This document shows, piece after piece, positions 11,732-22,602 of a stretch of 32,182 nt of DNA (positions within the stretch are counted from its first letter, which is position 1; the number at the start of each line of letters is the position of its first letter). The translations under genes and the position numbers were made by a program. The notes below the pieces were generated by a model. That model searched no databases, had not been told where the DNA came from, and worked only from the letters and a program-made list of their open reading frames with translations. The DNA is from Octopus sinensis (taxonomy: Eukaryota), in contig NW_021829668.1 in assembly GCF_006345805.1 (NCBI RefSeq), forward strand, positions 1-32,182, read 5' to 3'.

Positions 11732-11764
<33 letters not shown>

Positions 11765-11873
11765 TTTCACTCCATTTCTTAATTTATCTGTTATACAAAA
11801 CATTTCACTTAACCCTAGAATTTCTATCTTTATAAGTAGGGTGTTATGAGGTGTGTATATAATATATATATAT

Positions 11874-11905
<32 letters not shown>

Positions 11906-11944
11906 CACCTCATAACATCCGTGTATATATATATATATATATAT

Positions 11945-12198
11945 ATATACACCTGCTATAACGGAACCTTAACACGGATGTCTAGATTAAGCTAAAGCTG
12001 TGATCATAGAGCCTAACGGGCGACCTACTATATATATATATATATAGAACATGAAGGGTTTAGTTTTAGTTCATTTGTGATCTAAACGAATAAATACGCT
12101 GGGTAAGTCCTATAGTAGGTCGGCCGTTAGATTCTATGATCACAGCTATGGCTGAATCTAAACATTCGTGTTAAGGTTCCGTTATAGCAGGTGTATAT
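11945..12198. mobile_element. MITE/foldback element with 88-bp inverted arms and CAC...GTG termini set in TA
   Basis: 11945-12032 versus the reverse complement of 12111-12198: 80 of 88 identical by hand alignment, with the outer 32 bp perfect. Confidence 0.85.
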
Positions 12199-12630
12199 TA
12201 TATTATAGAAAAAATCAAAACGAAGTCAGAGTAAATACCTAAAGTCATTTAGAATTATTTAATTTGAAGTCTTACACCCGTTTCTGGGTTAGCATGTCCA
12301 TGCACTGGGTATTCCATCATCAGAGATAAGTTATGATTATTTTAGACGGAGAAAAATTTACAGTTTATAGGGAATAAAATAGAAGAATAAAGTAGTAAAA
12401 TAAAGGAATAAATAGTAAAAGTAGTTAGAAGAACATAAGCAGGAGTTTCCACTGGCTAAAATTTTCATAGCTTGTCTCTGACGATGGAATGCCCAGTGCA
12501 CGAACATGCTAACTTACCACTTGGTTTATCCGAGAAACGGTTGTAAGACTTCAAATTAAATTATTCTAAATAACTTGAGATACTCGTTCTGCCTTGGTTT
12601 TGATTTTTCTTCTAATATAATATAATATAC
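12193..12630. mobile_element. Second foldback element, ~150-bp imperfect inverted arms (12193-12345 and 12456-12630) around a ~110-bp purine-rich spacer
   Basis: Example matches: gttagcatgtccatgcactgggtattccatcatcagagataagttatga versus revcomp gttagcatgttcgtgcactgggcattccatcgtcagagacaagctatga, and tttaatttgaagtcttaca versus tgtaagacttcaaattaaa. The right arm has a ~16-nt insertion. Confidence 0.8.
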
Positions 12631-12780
12631 CATTATATATATATATATATATATTTAAACACAAATAGGCAAGCCTTTAAACAGGTTGCCTAACTACTAG
12701 AAAGAGCAGTAAAAAAAGTCTGAACCACATTAAGAGCAATTTCGAAGGGAATGAAAAATAAATGTTTAAATGTAACTAAT

Positions 12781-12796
12781 TTATATATATATATAT

Positions 12797-12850
<54 letters not shown>
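12781..12850. repeat. (TA)n microsatellite
   Basis: Near-perfect run. Confidence 0.97.
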
Positions 12851-12852
<2 letters not shown>

Positions 12853-12922
12853 CAGGGGGTATAGTAATGCAAGCAGTAAAATTAAAATATAAAATACAAA
12901 ATAAGAGTATGTGTACATTTGT

Positions 12923-13255
12923 ATGCAGGTGCACAACCTTTAGTCGAACAAATCCACCCCCAGGACGTATTCTTTGTAAGCTTAGTACTTATTCTATCAG
13001 GCTCTTTTGCCGAACCGCTAAGCTACGTAAACACACCAATATCGGTTGAGAGGCGATGATGGAGGAGACAAACACACACACACACACACACTTATAGGAC
13101 AGGCTTCTTTCAGTATCCGTCTAGCAACTCCACTCACAAGGATTTGGTCGGCCCGAGGCTATAGTAGAAGACACATAGCCAAAGTGTCACGCAGTGGGAC
13201 TGAACCCGGAACTATATATGTGAATCAAGCCTCTTACCACAGCCACTCCTACACC
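12923..13255 (-). mobile_element. SINE type A, nearly full length, short internal (CA)n
   Basis: Contains the reverse complement of the type A core (ggtcggcccgaggctatagtagaagacac..cacgcagtgggactgaacccggaac..accacagccactcct) and of the 3' half (ttttgccgaaccgctaag). Confidence 0.88.
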
Positions 13256-13504
13256 TATATATAATATAGAGGTATACATATACACATATATACATATACA
13301 TACATATATATGTATACACACACACTCACACACTCACATATATTCACATATTTTACAACTCTAAATGTATATCTGTGTTTACCTATCTAATCTACCAATA
13401 TCTCTATCACATTTCTTCACATATTTACACGACATCAGTCCCATGCGTATCAGTATATGGCTGAGCATACCGCTGACACGATTTCTCAGCTTAATCTAAT
13501 CATG

Positions 13505-13655
13505 TAATCCATTCTACTATAGGCAGAAGGCCTGAAATTTAGTGGAAGAGAACTAGTCGATTACATCGACCCCTGTGTTTCACTGGTACTTAATTTGTCG
13601 ACCCCGAAAGGATGAAAGCCAAAGTCGATCCCAGCAGAATGTAGACTCAGTACGT
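13505..13655 (-). mobile_element. SINE type B, 5'-truncated, tail E
   Basis: ttctactataggcagaaggcctgaaattt..tagtcgattacatcgacccc..ctggtacttaatttgtcgaccccgaaaggatgaaagccaaagtcga. Confidence 0.85.
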
Positions 13656-13989
13656 GTCTAATCATTATAATGCTGAGGATAGAAACTCATATTTAATTTT
13701 ATGCTAATCTTCTGAATCACGTCTAATCCATCCAACAGTATCATCACATGTTCTGTGAATTTAATTTCTGTGAAGAAGATTTATTGGAAGTGAGGTTACG
13801 ATAGATGGTACTTGGCTATGGTAACTTTCAGTGAGATCGAAAACTTGGGACTTTATGGTTTGCAAATTGTATTTCTTAAATATTCATTCATTATAAAATT
13901 GCAAATTGATACTCACAAATACGTATGAGGATAATCATAATAATGATGACGGCTAAGATAATGTTGAGAAATTAGAATGTGACGATAAT

Positions 13990-14605
13990 GCCTACGAAGA
14001 TAATATAACGAACAAGGTAATGACATCGAAGATGATGATGATGATTATGGTGGTGGTGGTGCCAGTAGTACTGTTGGTTGTCGTGGTGATTGTGGTAGTG
14101 ATGATAGCTGTGGAGCTGATAGGATAAAAAAATTGATGATGATGATGATGATGATGATGTCGATGATGGTAATGACGACAGTGATGATAATGATGATGGT
14201 GGTGGTGGGGATGACGATGATGATGATGATGATGATGATGAGGTGGAGGAGGAGGAAGAAAAGGATGAGGTGAACAACGAAGCGAAGATGGTGGTGATAG
14301 AAGAGGATGATGATGATTATGATGATGATGATGATGATGAGAAGGAGGAGGAGGAGATCGAAGGTCATATGGAGCAGCTGCAACTATTGGTTATGATGAT
14401 GACGATAACGATGGTGATAATGATGATGATGAGGAGGATGATGCTGATGAGCATGACGTTGAAGAGGTGAAGTCAGAAGACCAAGAGGGGAATGGCCATG
14501 ACATTGCTGCTACTACTGCTACTGCCACTGCTACTGCTACTGCTTTTACCACTGCTGCTGCTGCTACATCTACTGCCCGTCGCTGCTGTTGTTGATGATG
14601 ATTGA
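13990..14605. repeat. Degenerate (GAT/GGT/GAG/GCT)n tract
   Basis: Runs of gatgatgat, gaggag and gctactgct. Confidence 0.9.
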
Positions 14606-14619
14606 GAAACGTCAAGTGT

Positions 14620-14960
14620 CGAAGACAATACTAGTTGGCATATCTCCAGTTTCCCAGAGGCCCTGTCTGTCTTCTTTGTAGAAAGAAATTCCTCAAGGCC
14701 CTTTCCTAACTCTGCTGCCTGCCTGTCTGTTTCCTAAACGTCTCTCCCCCTTCCAGACACATTTTAAAGGAGTTTGACTTATTCTCCACCTCTAAACACA
14801 CGTTGCAAACACTTCCTGCTCCGCCCCTATACATATTCTGTGACAAAAGGAAATCCTTATTTTATGTTCTCCTTGGTGGAGATCACCGGGTTTCCTCCAC
14901 AGGCACTCCCGCCACCATGTCATTCAACGCATGCGCCTACACATCACAGTGTACTGTTAA
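14620..14960. promoter_or_regulatory. Unique, relatively GC-rich island with adjacent ETS-like and GC-box motifs
   Basis: acttcctg (14811-14818), ccgcccc (14821-14827) and cgcatgcgc (14928-14936). These are motif matches only, with no linked exon identified. Confidence 0.2.
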
Positions 14961-15029
14961 CCTCGTTCCGACATACACATACATGCACAAGCATGAATAA
15001 CATATTCAATGCTACATGCACACGCACAA

Positions 15030-15133
15030 ACATGCACACACACACACACACAAATGCATGCGAAGATATAAGTGCAAAAGTACACACACACAAACGCACG
15101 CACACACATACATACATATACGTACATGCATGT

Positions 15134-15164
<31 letters not shown>

Positions 15165-15530
15165 GTGTGTATATATGTATATATATACATAAATATATAT
15201 ATGTATGTGTATATATATATATATATATATAATATTATATATATAATATATATATATATTTATACACATACATATAAATACCTATATATATATATATATA
15301 TTTATACACCATACATATAAATACCTATATATACACCTAAATATATGTATACATACTATTTATATATCTAAGTATACATATATACTATATATATATATAT
15401 ATAATATATATATATATATTATATATATATATACGTGACATACATATAATTTATACATACATTATACATCTCTCTCTCTCTCCTCTCTCTCTCTCTCTAT
15501 ATATATATATTATATAGATTATATAATATA
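15030..15530. repeat. Compound (CA)n/(TA)n/(TC)n region
   Basis: Directly visible runs. Confidence 0.95.
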
Positions 15531-15614
15531 TACCTGCATGTCAACACAAATGATACGTAATTCCCCGTGGCGACTGTAACGAATGGAACGAATATTCTTG
15601 AGAATCAAAGGTCT

Positions 15615-15736
15615 ACGTTGTAAGAAGTTTGCGCCCCAAACATACGGTTCTGTTCAGTCCCACCGTGGGACATCTTGGGCATGGTGTATTCTACTAGACA
15701 AGGTGGATTAGTTGACGGAACCTGAAAGAAGCAGCC

Positions 15737-15788
<52 letters not shown>

Positions 15789-15811
15789 ATATATATATAA
15801 TATATATATAC

Positions 15812-15847
<36 letters not shown>

Positions 15848-16265
15848 ATATGTGTTTTTGTGTGTGTGTGTGTGGTATGTATATATGTGTGATATATATT
15901 TATGTGTGTATATATGTGTACTTATGTATATATATATGTGTGTGTGTATATATATATTTGTGTGTGCGTGTATATGTGTGTAAGTGTGTATGTGTATGTG
16001 TGCGTGTGTATGTATGTTTGTCTGTCTGTATGTGGGCGTGTGCGTGTATGTTTTTCTGTCTGTCTGTATGCGGGCGTGTGTGCGTGTTTGCTCCCTAGAA
16101 CCGCTTGACAACCGAATTTCCTTTATCTGCGTCCTCGTAAATTAGCAGCTCGGCGATACACCCCTATATACTAAGTGCTAGACATGAGAAAAAAATTAAT
16201 ATTGAGGACCATTCGTTTGACAAAAAACCTTCAACACGGTGCCCCAGAATGGTCGTAGTCCAAAG
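15615..16265 (+). mobile_element. Old SINE type A whose internal microsatellite has expanded to ~350 bp (halves at ~15615-15737 and ~16085-16265)
   Basis: 5' half: ggttctgttcagtcccaccgtgggacatcttgggcatggtgtattctacta..gacggaacctgaaagaagc. 3' half: cgcttgacaaccg..gtaaattagcagctcggc..cggtgccccagaatggtcgtagtc. Confidence 0.7.
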
Positions 16266-16521
16266 ACTTAAGAATAATGCTGTAATGTACATAATGCATG
16301 AGAAATTTAAAGAGTAATATATATGATAATTTATCTAATGTATGTAGTAATATATAATTAACATATATGGTAATTTATGTGATACAACTGGTAATTTGTT
16401 AGAGATGTACGATAATTTACTAGGAATATATATGATAATATATCACTAATAAATATTATATTAATGACGTATACGATCAGTCATGTTATTGAAAATGGAT
16501 AACGTATAAATATATCTATAC

Positions 16522-16893
16522 GCGCAGGAGTGGCTGTGTGGTAAGTAGCTTGCTTACCGACTACATGGTTCCGGGTTCATTCCCACCGCGTGGCACATTG
16601 GGCAAGTGTTTTCTACTATAGCCTCGGGCCGACCAAAGCCTTGTGAGTAGATTTGGTAGACGGAAACTGAAAGAAGCCCGTCGTATATATGTATGTGTGT
16701 TTGTGTTTGTCTTCCTACCATCGATTGACAACCGATGGTGGTGTGTTTACGTCCCTGTAACTTAGCAGTTCGACAAAAGTGTCCGATAGAATAAGTACTA
16801 GGCTTCCGAAGAATAAGTCACTGGGTCGATTTGCTCGATTAAAACTGGTGCTCCAGCATGGCCGCAATCAAATGTCCGATACAAGTAAAAGAG
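16522..16893 (+). mobile_element. SINE type A, full length, minimal internal microsatellite (~25 bp)
   Basis: Matches 1453-1890 and ends acaagtaaaagag. Confidence 0.92.
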
Positions 16894-17189
16894 TAATCGT
16901 GTATGTTGATAGGCATATAGTATATCCACGTCATAGCCTCCATTCTTTTATAATCTTAACTTTCTTTCTACGCAGCACTGGATTTATTAGCTCTATTTAA
17001 TTAGATTGGATCAGCAGTTTGTCACCACGAATGTATATGTGTAGTACCAATCTTGAGGAATTTTAATTGAATGGATCGATTTCAGTAATTTTTTCTTTAA
17101 GCCTAATTCTTATTCCTTTTAGCCTTTCAGCTGAACCAGTAAGATACGGGAACTTAAGCATAACAGGACTGTCTTTCTGTATGTGTTTG

Positions 17190-17539
17190 ATGACCAAAGG
17201 TTTTTTTAGTCCAAGAAATCCACCGCGGGACTTATTCTTTGTAAGTCTCGTACTTATTTTTCCGGTCTCTTTTTGCCGAATCGCTAAGTTACGGGGACAT
17301 AAACACGCCAACATCTGTTGTCAAGCGATTGTGAGGGGAACAAACACAGACACAAAGACACGCACATAAATATATACCTGTATATCCGACGGGCTTCTTT
17401 CAGTTTCCATTTATCAAATCTACTCACAAGGCCCGAGGCTATAGTAGAAGACACTTGCTGAAGGTGTCACAGAGAGGTACTGAACTCAGAACCGTGTGGG
17501 TGGGAAGGTAAACTTCTTACAACACAGCCAAGCCTGTGC

Positions 17540-17540
<1 letters not shown>
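17190..17540 (-). mobile_element. SINE type A, nearly full length
   Basis: gggacttattctttgtaag..tttgccgaatcgctaagttacggggacataaacac..gacgggcttctttcagtttcc..ggcccgaggctatagtagaagacacttg..acacagcca. Confidence 0.88.
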
Positions 17541-17573
<33 letters not shown>

Positions 17574-17794
17574 TACAGATATAAAAGAATTACGCATTTA
17601 TTAATGTAGTCTTGGAGGCACTGTACTTGGAGTATTACTCTGGTGGATATGGTTCGAACATCTTTGATTTTTCATCTCCGTTCGATCCTACCGGGGTTTC
17701 TAATCAGCAAACAATAACGTTATGGCCACAAATTATAGCAATGATATAGCAGCAAATGCTAGCAGAAAATCACTTTAAGATCGCAAAAGCCATC

Positions 17795-19113
17795 ACCACA
17801 CTCACTATCATCATCATCATCATCAGCAGCAGCAGCAGCACCACCACCACCATCACAACCACCACCACCACAACAACAACATCAACACCAACACCAACAC
17901 TACCAACACCACTACCATCTCTATCACCACGAACACCACCACCACTACCATCATCATTATTATCATCATCGTCAACAGCAGCGGCAGCAGGAGGAGCGGC
18001 AGCACCACCACCACCACCACCACCACCACCACCACCACCATCATCATCATAGTCGTCATCGTCATCACCATCATCACCACCACCACCAACACCAACACTA
18101 CCAACACCACAACCTCTGCCATTAACATCATCATTATTATCATCATCGTCGTCATCGTCGTCGTTACCAACACCACCACCACTACAAAACAAGCACCACC
18201 ACCACCACCACCACCAAAACCACCACCACCATCACCCCTACCATCATCACCCCCACCATCATCATCACCACCATCGTCATCATCTCAAACCACCACTGCC
18301 ATGCACCGCCACCACCGACAGCAGCAGCATCACCAATACAACCGCAGACATCGTAGCTTCTATCACTAACGCTCTCTTCTACACTGCTGTCTGCGCACCT
18401 TATCCACGTGCTTCTACCGTCACCACGACAGCCGCCGTTGTCACCCAGCGCTGCCTTGATGCCACCGCCCAGATGCTGCTGCCATCATTGCTGTCGTCAT
18501 CACTGCCGCCATCACTGCCACCAACCAGATGCTGCTGCCAACGTCAGCCCCACCACCACCACCACCACCACCACCACCACTATGGTACCACCGTCGCCAC
18601 CACTGCCGCACCCATCATCGCCTGTGCCGCGTCCGCTTCCGTCTCTGTCCCGAGTACCAACGAATAACCCCGCCTCACCCAGACACGCCAATTTCACTAC
18701 CGTCAACATCATCGCCACCACCTCCACCACCACCATCACCGCCATCACCGCCGCTGCCACTACTGCCGTCACCGCCACGGCCCCACCGCTGCCGCTTCCT
18801 TGGCCTCATACATACCGGTACCACTTGTCCAAATAATTAAAAATTCAACCAATTTAATCGAGATTCGTGTGCGATGACAATCGAGGCCTGTTTACATCAT
18901 TTAAATTTATAGACTCTCTCCCATCACCTCTTCACAAACACCGCCACCGCCTCCACCTATACCTCCACTACACCTAATACTACTGCTACCATCCTCACTA
19001 CCACTACGGTCACCTCAAGACTTACACCAACACTACCACTTCTACTGTAATCCTTCTAATACCACTACAGCTGCCATCGCCGCCATCTCAGACATCATAC
19101 CAGCTATTATCAT

Positions 19114-19144
<31 letters not shown>

Positions 19145-20010
19145 GCCTGCTGCTGCTACTACTACTACTTCTAGTACTACAATCATCACCACTGCCACGG
19201 CCCTCAGTCATCACTACTACCACCTCCACCACCACCTTCACTACTACCTCTATCGCTACTATCGCCTCTACCTCCTACACCGCCCCTACCGCCGCCAGCA
19301 TCACCACCACTACCACCGTTAACACCGACACCATCATCGAAGCCACCACCACCACCACATCGAGCACCATCGTTACTATCACCACCACATCTAATGCCAC
19401 CACCAACGCCATCATCACAACCATCACAGTCAGTAAAATCGCACTACACCAACCATCATCATTAACACCACCAACACTACCACCACAAACACAACCCCCA
19501 CTAATACCACCACCACCACCACCACCACCACAATCACCACCAAACTACAACCTTCTCCACCATCTCTACCACCACCACCACCACCGCAATCACCACCACC
19601 ATCACCACCACCAAACTACCATCAATCATCTCCACCACCAAACCACCACCATCTCTACCACCACCATCTCTACCACCACCATCTCTACCACCACCACCAC
19701 CACCACCACTAAACCACCATCATCTCAACACCACCACCACCATTTCCACCAACACCAACACCAACACCAACACCACACCACCACCACCACCCTCACCAAC
19801 AACAAGAACAACAAAAACAACATCCACACCACCACCACCCTCACCAACAACAATAGCAATAACAGCAACAACAACAACAAAAACATCAACATAGCCACCA
19901 CCACCACCACCACCACACCAACAACAACAACCTGAACAACAACAACACCGACAAAAAATCTAAAACAACACCACCAACAACAAAAATATCAACGCACGGC
20001 CACCACATAA
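17795..20010. repeat. ~2.2-kb cryptic (ACC/ATC/GCC/AAC)n region with internal duplications (~200-bp period near 17887/18085; 15-bp unit ccatctctaccacca x3 near 19648-19695)
   Basis: 3-bp periodicity with frequent phase shifts, interrupted by a short complex island at ~18835-18910. Confidence 0.9.
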
Positions 20011-20787
20011 ATATCATACGACCCATCTTTAACCTCTTCCGTCTTCCATCAACGCAACCACAACATAGGAAACAAAACATGGCCAATAACGAAACAGCAA
20101 AAACAATATACAACGGATTTTAATACAACAACCATTATTAAACCTCCCGCATTAAAAATTTAGAGGTTCATCAACATCGCCCTAATCCACAACTGCTCTA
20201 TTCTTCCCTTGTTAATGACAAAATGCTGCCGAGCCAATCATTTCAGTCAACACGTTCCATCTGCTAAACATTGATCATATCAAATATTATGCCATACAAC
20301 AGTAAATCAGATTATCTCCTTGACGGTGCTTGTCGAAATAAATATTTGAGCCATACATATATACATACATACACACATACACACATACATACAGACAGAG
20401 AGACATTCAGACAGATATATTATCATAAAACTAAACCAGAAAACCAATGAAAAAGAGAATACCTACGCTGGACTGTTGAGAAATCTGCAGTTACTCTGCC
20501 CAGTTCAGGTTTATACCTGTAATTATTGGGGCATTGGTATATGTAGCACACTGCCTAAATACCAATCTTGAGAAATTAGACTTCTTTAAACTAGAAATGA
20601 GAAACCTAATTCAAAGACTACTAATACACCCATCGCTGGAACAGTAAAGATCTGTAAAACATTCCAGAAGTGCATCATTTAAGTATGTGTCAGTATGTCA
20701 ATATATGCAAGTATATGCATGAGAAGACATACATAAATCAAACATACAAATGCGTACGTATAAATATATAAAAACATACATACATTC

Positions 20788-20845
20788 ATACATACATACA
20801 TACATACATACATACATACATACATACATACATACATACATACAA
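20788..20845. repeat. (CATA)n microsatellite
   Basis: Perfect run. Confidence 0.97.
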
Positions 20846-20857
20846 ACAAACAAAGAT

Positions 20858-20990
20858 ACTCTGTTGTTGATGTTGAAATTCTAATGAAGGAGCCTTGGAT
20901 CTAGGTTAGAAACCGGCTCTTGGATCTAGGTTAAAAACGGACTCTCTCTATATCGGCAAGAAATCTTGAAATAAAACTGAAGTATAGATC
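20858..20990 (-). mobile_element. Short (CATA)n-associated interspersed repeat carrying a 25-bp internal tandem duplication
   Basis: cttggatctaggtta(g/a)aaac(c/g)g(c/a)ct at 20894-20918 and 20919-20943. A diverged relative appears next to the (TATG)n tract at ~27355-27430. Family assignment is by recognition only. Confidence 0.5.
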
Positions 20991-21579
20991 CATCTATAAA
21001 CTATAAATTCATTGTATATAAATATTCGTAAAATTATCCCCAGTGAAATGTTAATTGTTGGGATCTCTGCATTATTAATTGAATCTTCGTACGACGTCAA
21101 ATGCGAAGTCAAATAGTTTTCGATGCATTTTTAAACAAAGCTGCTCGAATGGCTCAACTTCTTGCGTGTATTCTGCAATATTCCGTTTAGTTTCCTATAA
21201 GGATGGTGTTCACACGTCTCTAAGTTTAAAGCGGTATCAAGAAAATTGTCTAAATTAAGATTAATGGCTGCAGTAATTTAGACGTACAAGTCTTTAAATA
21301 AATTAAGCAGATTTCTCGTAAATACATTAATTTTCTGGTTGATAAGGTTACGTAAGATTATAAACCCATTATTGCTTTACAATACCATCAAAAAATTACC
21401 TAGAATTTAGGATGGATTACGGGTAAAAAAAAAGTAATCAGTTGAGTTGTAAATTGTTGCGGAAAATATTGCAACAATTTGAACTTCCAAAAAAATTATA
21501 TATCTCTTTTGACCCACAATGTGTTGTCAAAATATAATAAAAATATCATTCATCTACAGTAGTAGTTGAATAATATTCT

Positions 21580-22602
21580 TAAGGCCGCAATTTTCTCACA
21601 TGCATCATAATTCAGAGATTTGTCGCTAATTCAGTTCTTAACCAAATTGAAAAGTGGTTTAACATTTTGTGGGGAGACTGGTCCCTAGCTATATTTTGGC
21701 ATTAAAAACAATTAATTAAGATTTGGTCCAGTAGAAAAAAGTTTACAACAAAATTTGTAGCAACGTTATAGTGGAGTAAATAACGCCTCCAATCAAGTTT
21801 AGATCTAAAAAACATTTTTTATTTTAGAAGCAAAATATATTTATCTTAGCTTCAATGATAGAAGAAAGTATGAGGAATTTCCTAACTTTGGTCCCATGCA
21901 CCAAAAATTTGTATTAAAATAAGTTGTGAGATAAAATATCATGAAAAAAATATATATAAGTAAGGCAAAAAATTGGATTTAAGTATAATTAACTTTTCTA
22001 TTTTAAAAACAGACTATATTTTGATTAAGCTTAAATGATAGAGCTCAATTCGAGGAATTACATGGTATCAATCACATACTATGATTTTTTGAAAGAAAAA
22101 AGTTATCAGTGTTTGCTTCTCAAATTTGAGGGTGATAATATAGTTCGATACTTTTCTATGAATATAGTTCTATAAGGGGATTTTTATATATATCACCGGT
22201 GTTATTGAGGTAAGGAAAAATTATCAGGACACTGCTAATTTGCAATTAGTTTAATTACATCATCTGTACTAAATAATGCAATTATATTGTGTTAACACTG
22301 TCCCGTAATATCTGAGAAGAGAAATAGAATTTCTCAGTTTTAAGACTTCTCAAAGAATTTTTAAGACTTCTCAAAAAATCATTCAACTACGGTAAGGCTG
22401 CAATTTACTCACACGCAGCATCTTTCAGAGCTTTGTAGCTAATTCAGTTCTTAACCAAACTGAAAACTGTTGACATTTTTGAAGAGGACTGCTCCCTGTA
22501 AGAACGCCTCCAATCAAGTTTAGATGAAAATAACTTTTTTTTAATTTTAAAAGCAAAATATATTTATTTTAGCTTAACTGATAGAAGAAAGCATGAGAAA
22601 TT
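21580..22602 (+). repeat. Diverged direct repeat (copy A 21580-21880; copy B 22393-22602, lacking ~92 bp), probably a DNA-transposon relic
   Basis: Exact 22-mer gctaattcagttcttaaccaaa at 21625 and 22438, and exact 23-mer aacgcctccaatcaagtttagat at 21782 and 22503, with similar flanks. Confidence 0.85.

Noticed and set aside
12668-12700. Hairpin ggcaagcct/aggttgcc followed by CTAG, like a Helitron 3' end
   Set aside because: CTAG is followed by A rather than T, and the sequence after it (aaagagcag) is shared with 25874-25887, so CTAG is not an element end. No matching 5' TC end was identified.
14243-14470. Acidic E/D-rich ORF
   Set aside because: It derives from (GAT/GAG)n, drifts into poly-M, and has no recognisable domain.
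16320-16460. Loosely repeated tatgataattta-like units
   Set aside because: The period is irregular and identity is low. It cannot be distinguished from AT-rich low-complexity decay.
21446-21485. Small hairpin aaattgttgc/gcaacaattt with a 10-nt loop
   Set aside because: A 10-bp arm in very AT-rich DNA is plausible by chance, and it is too short for a pre-miRNA call.
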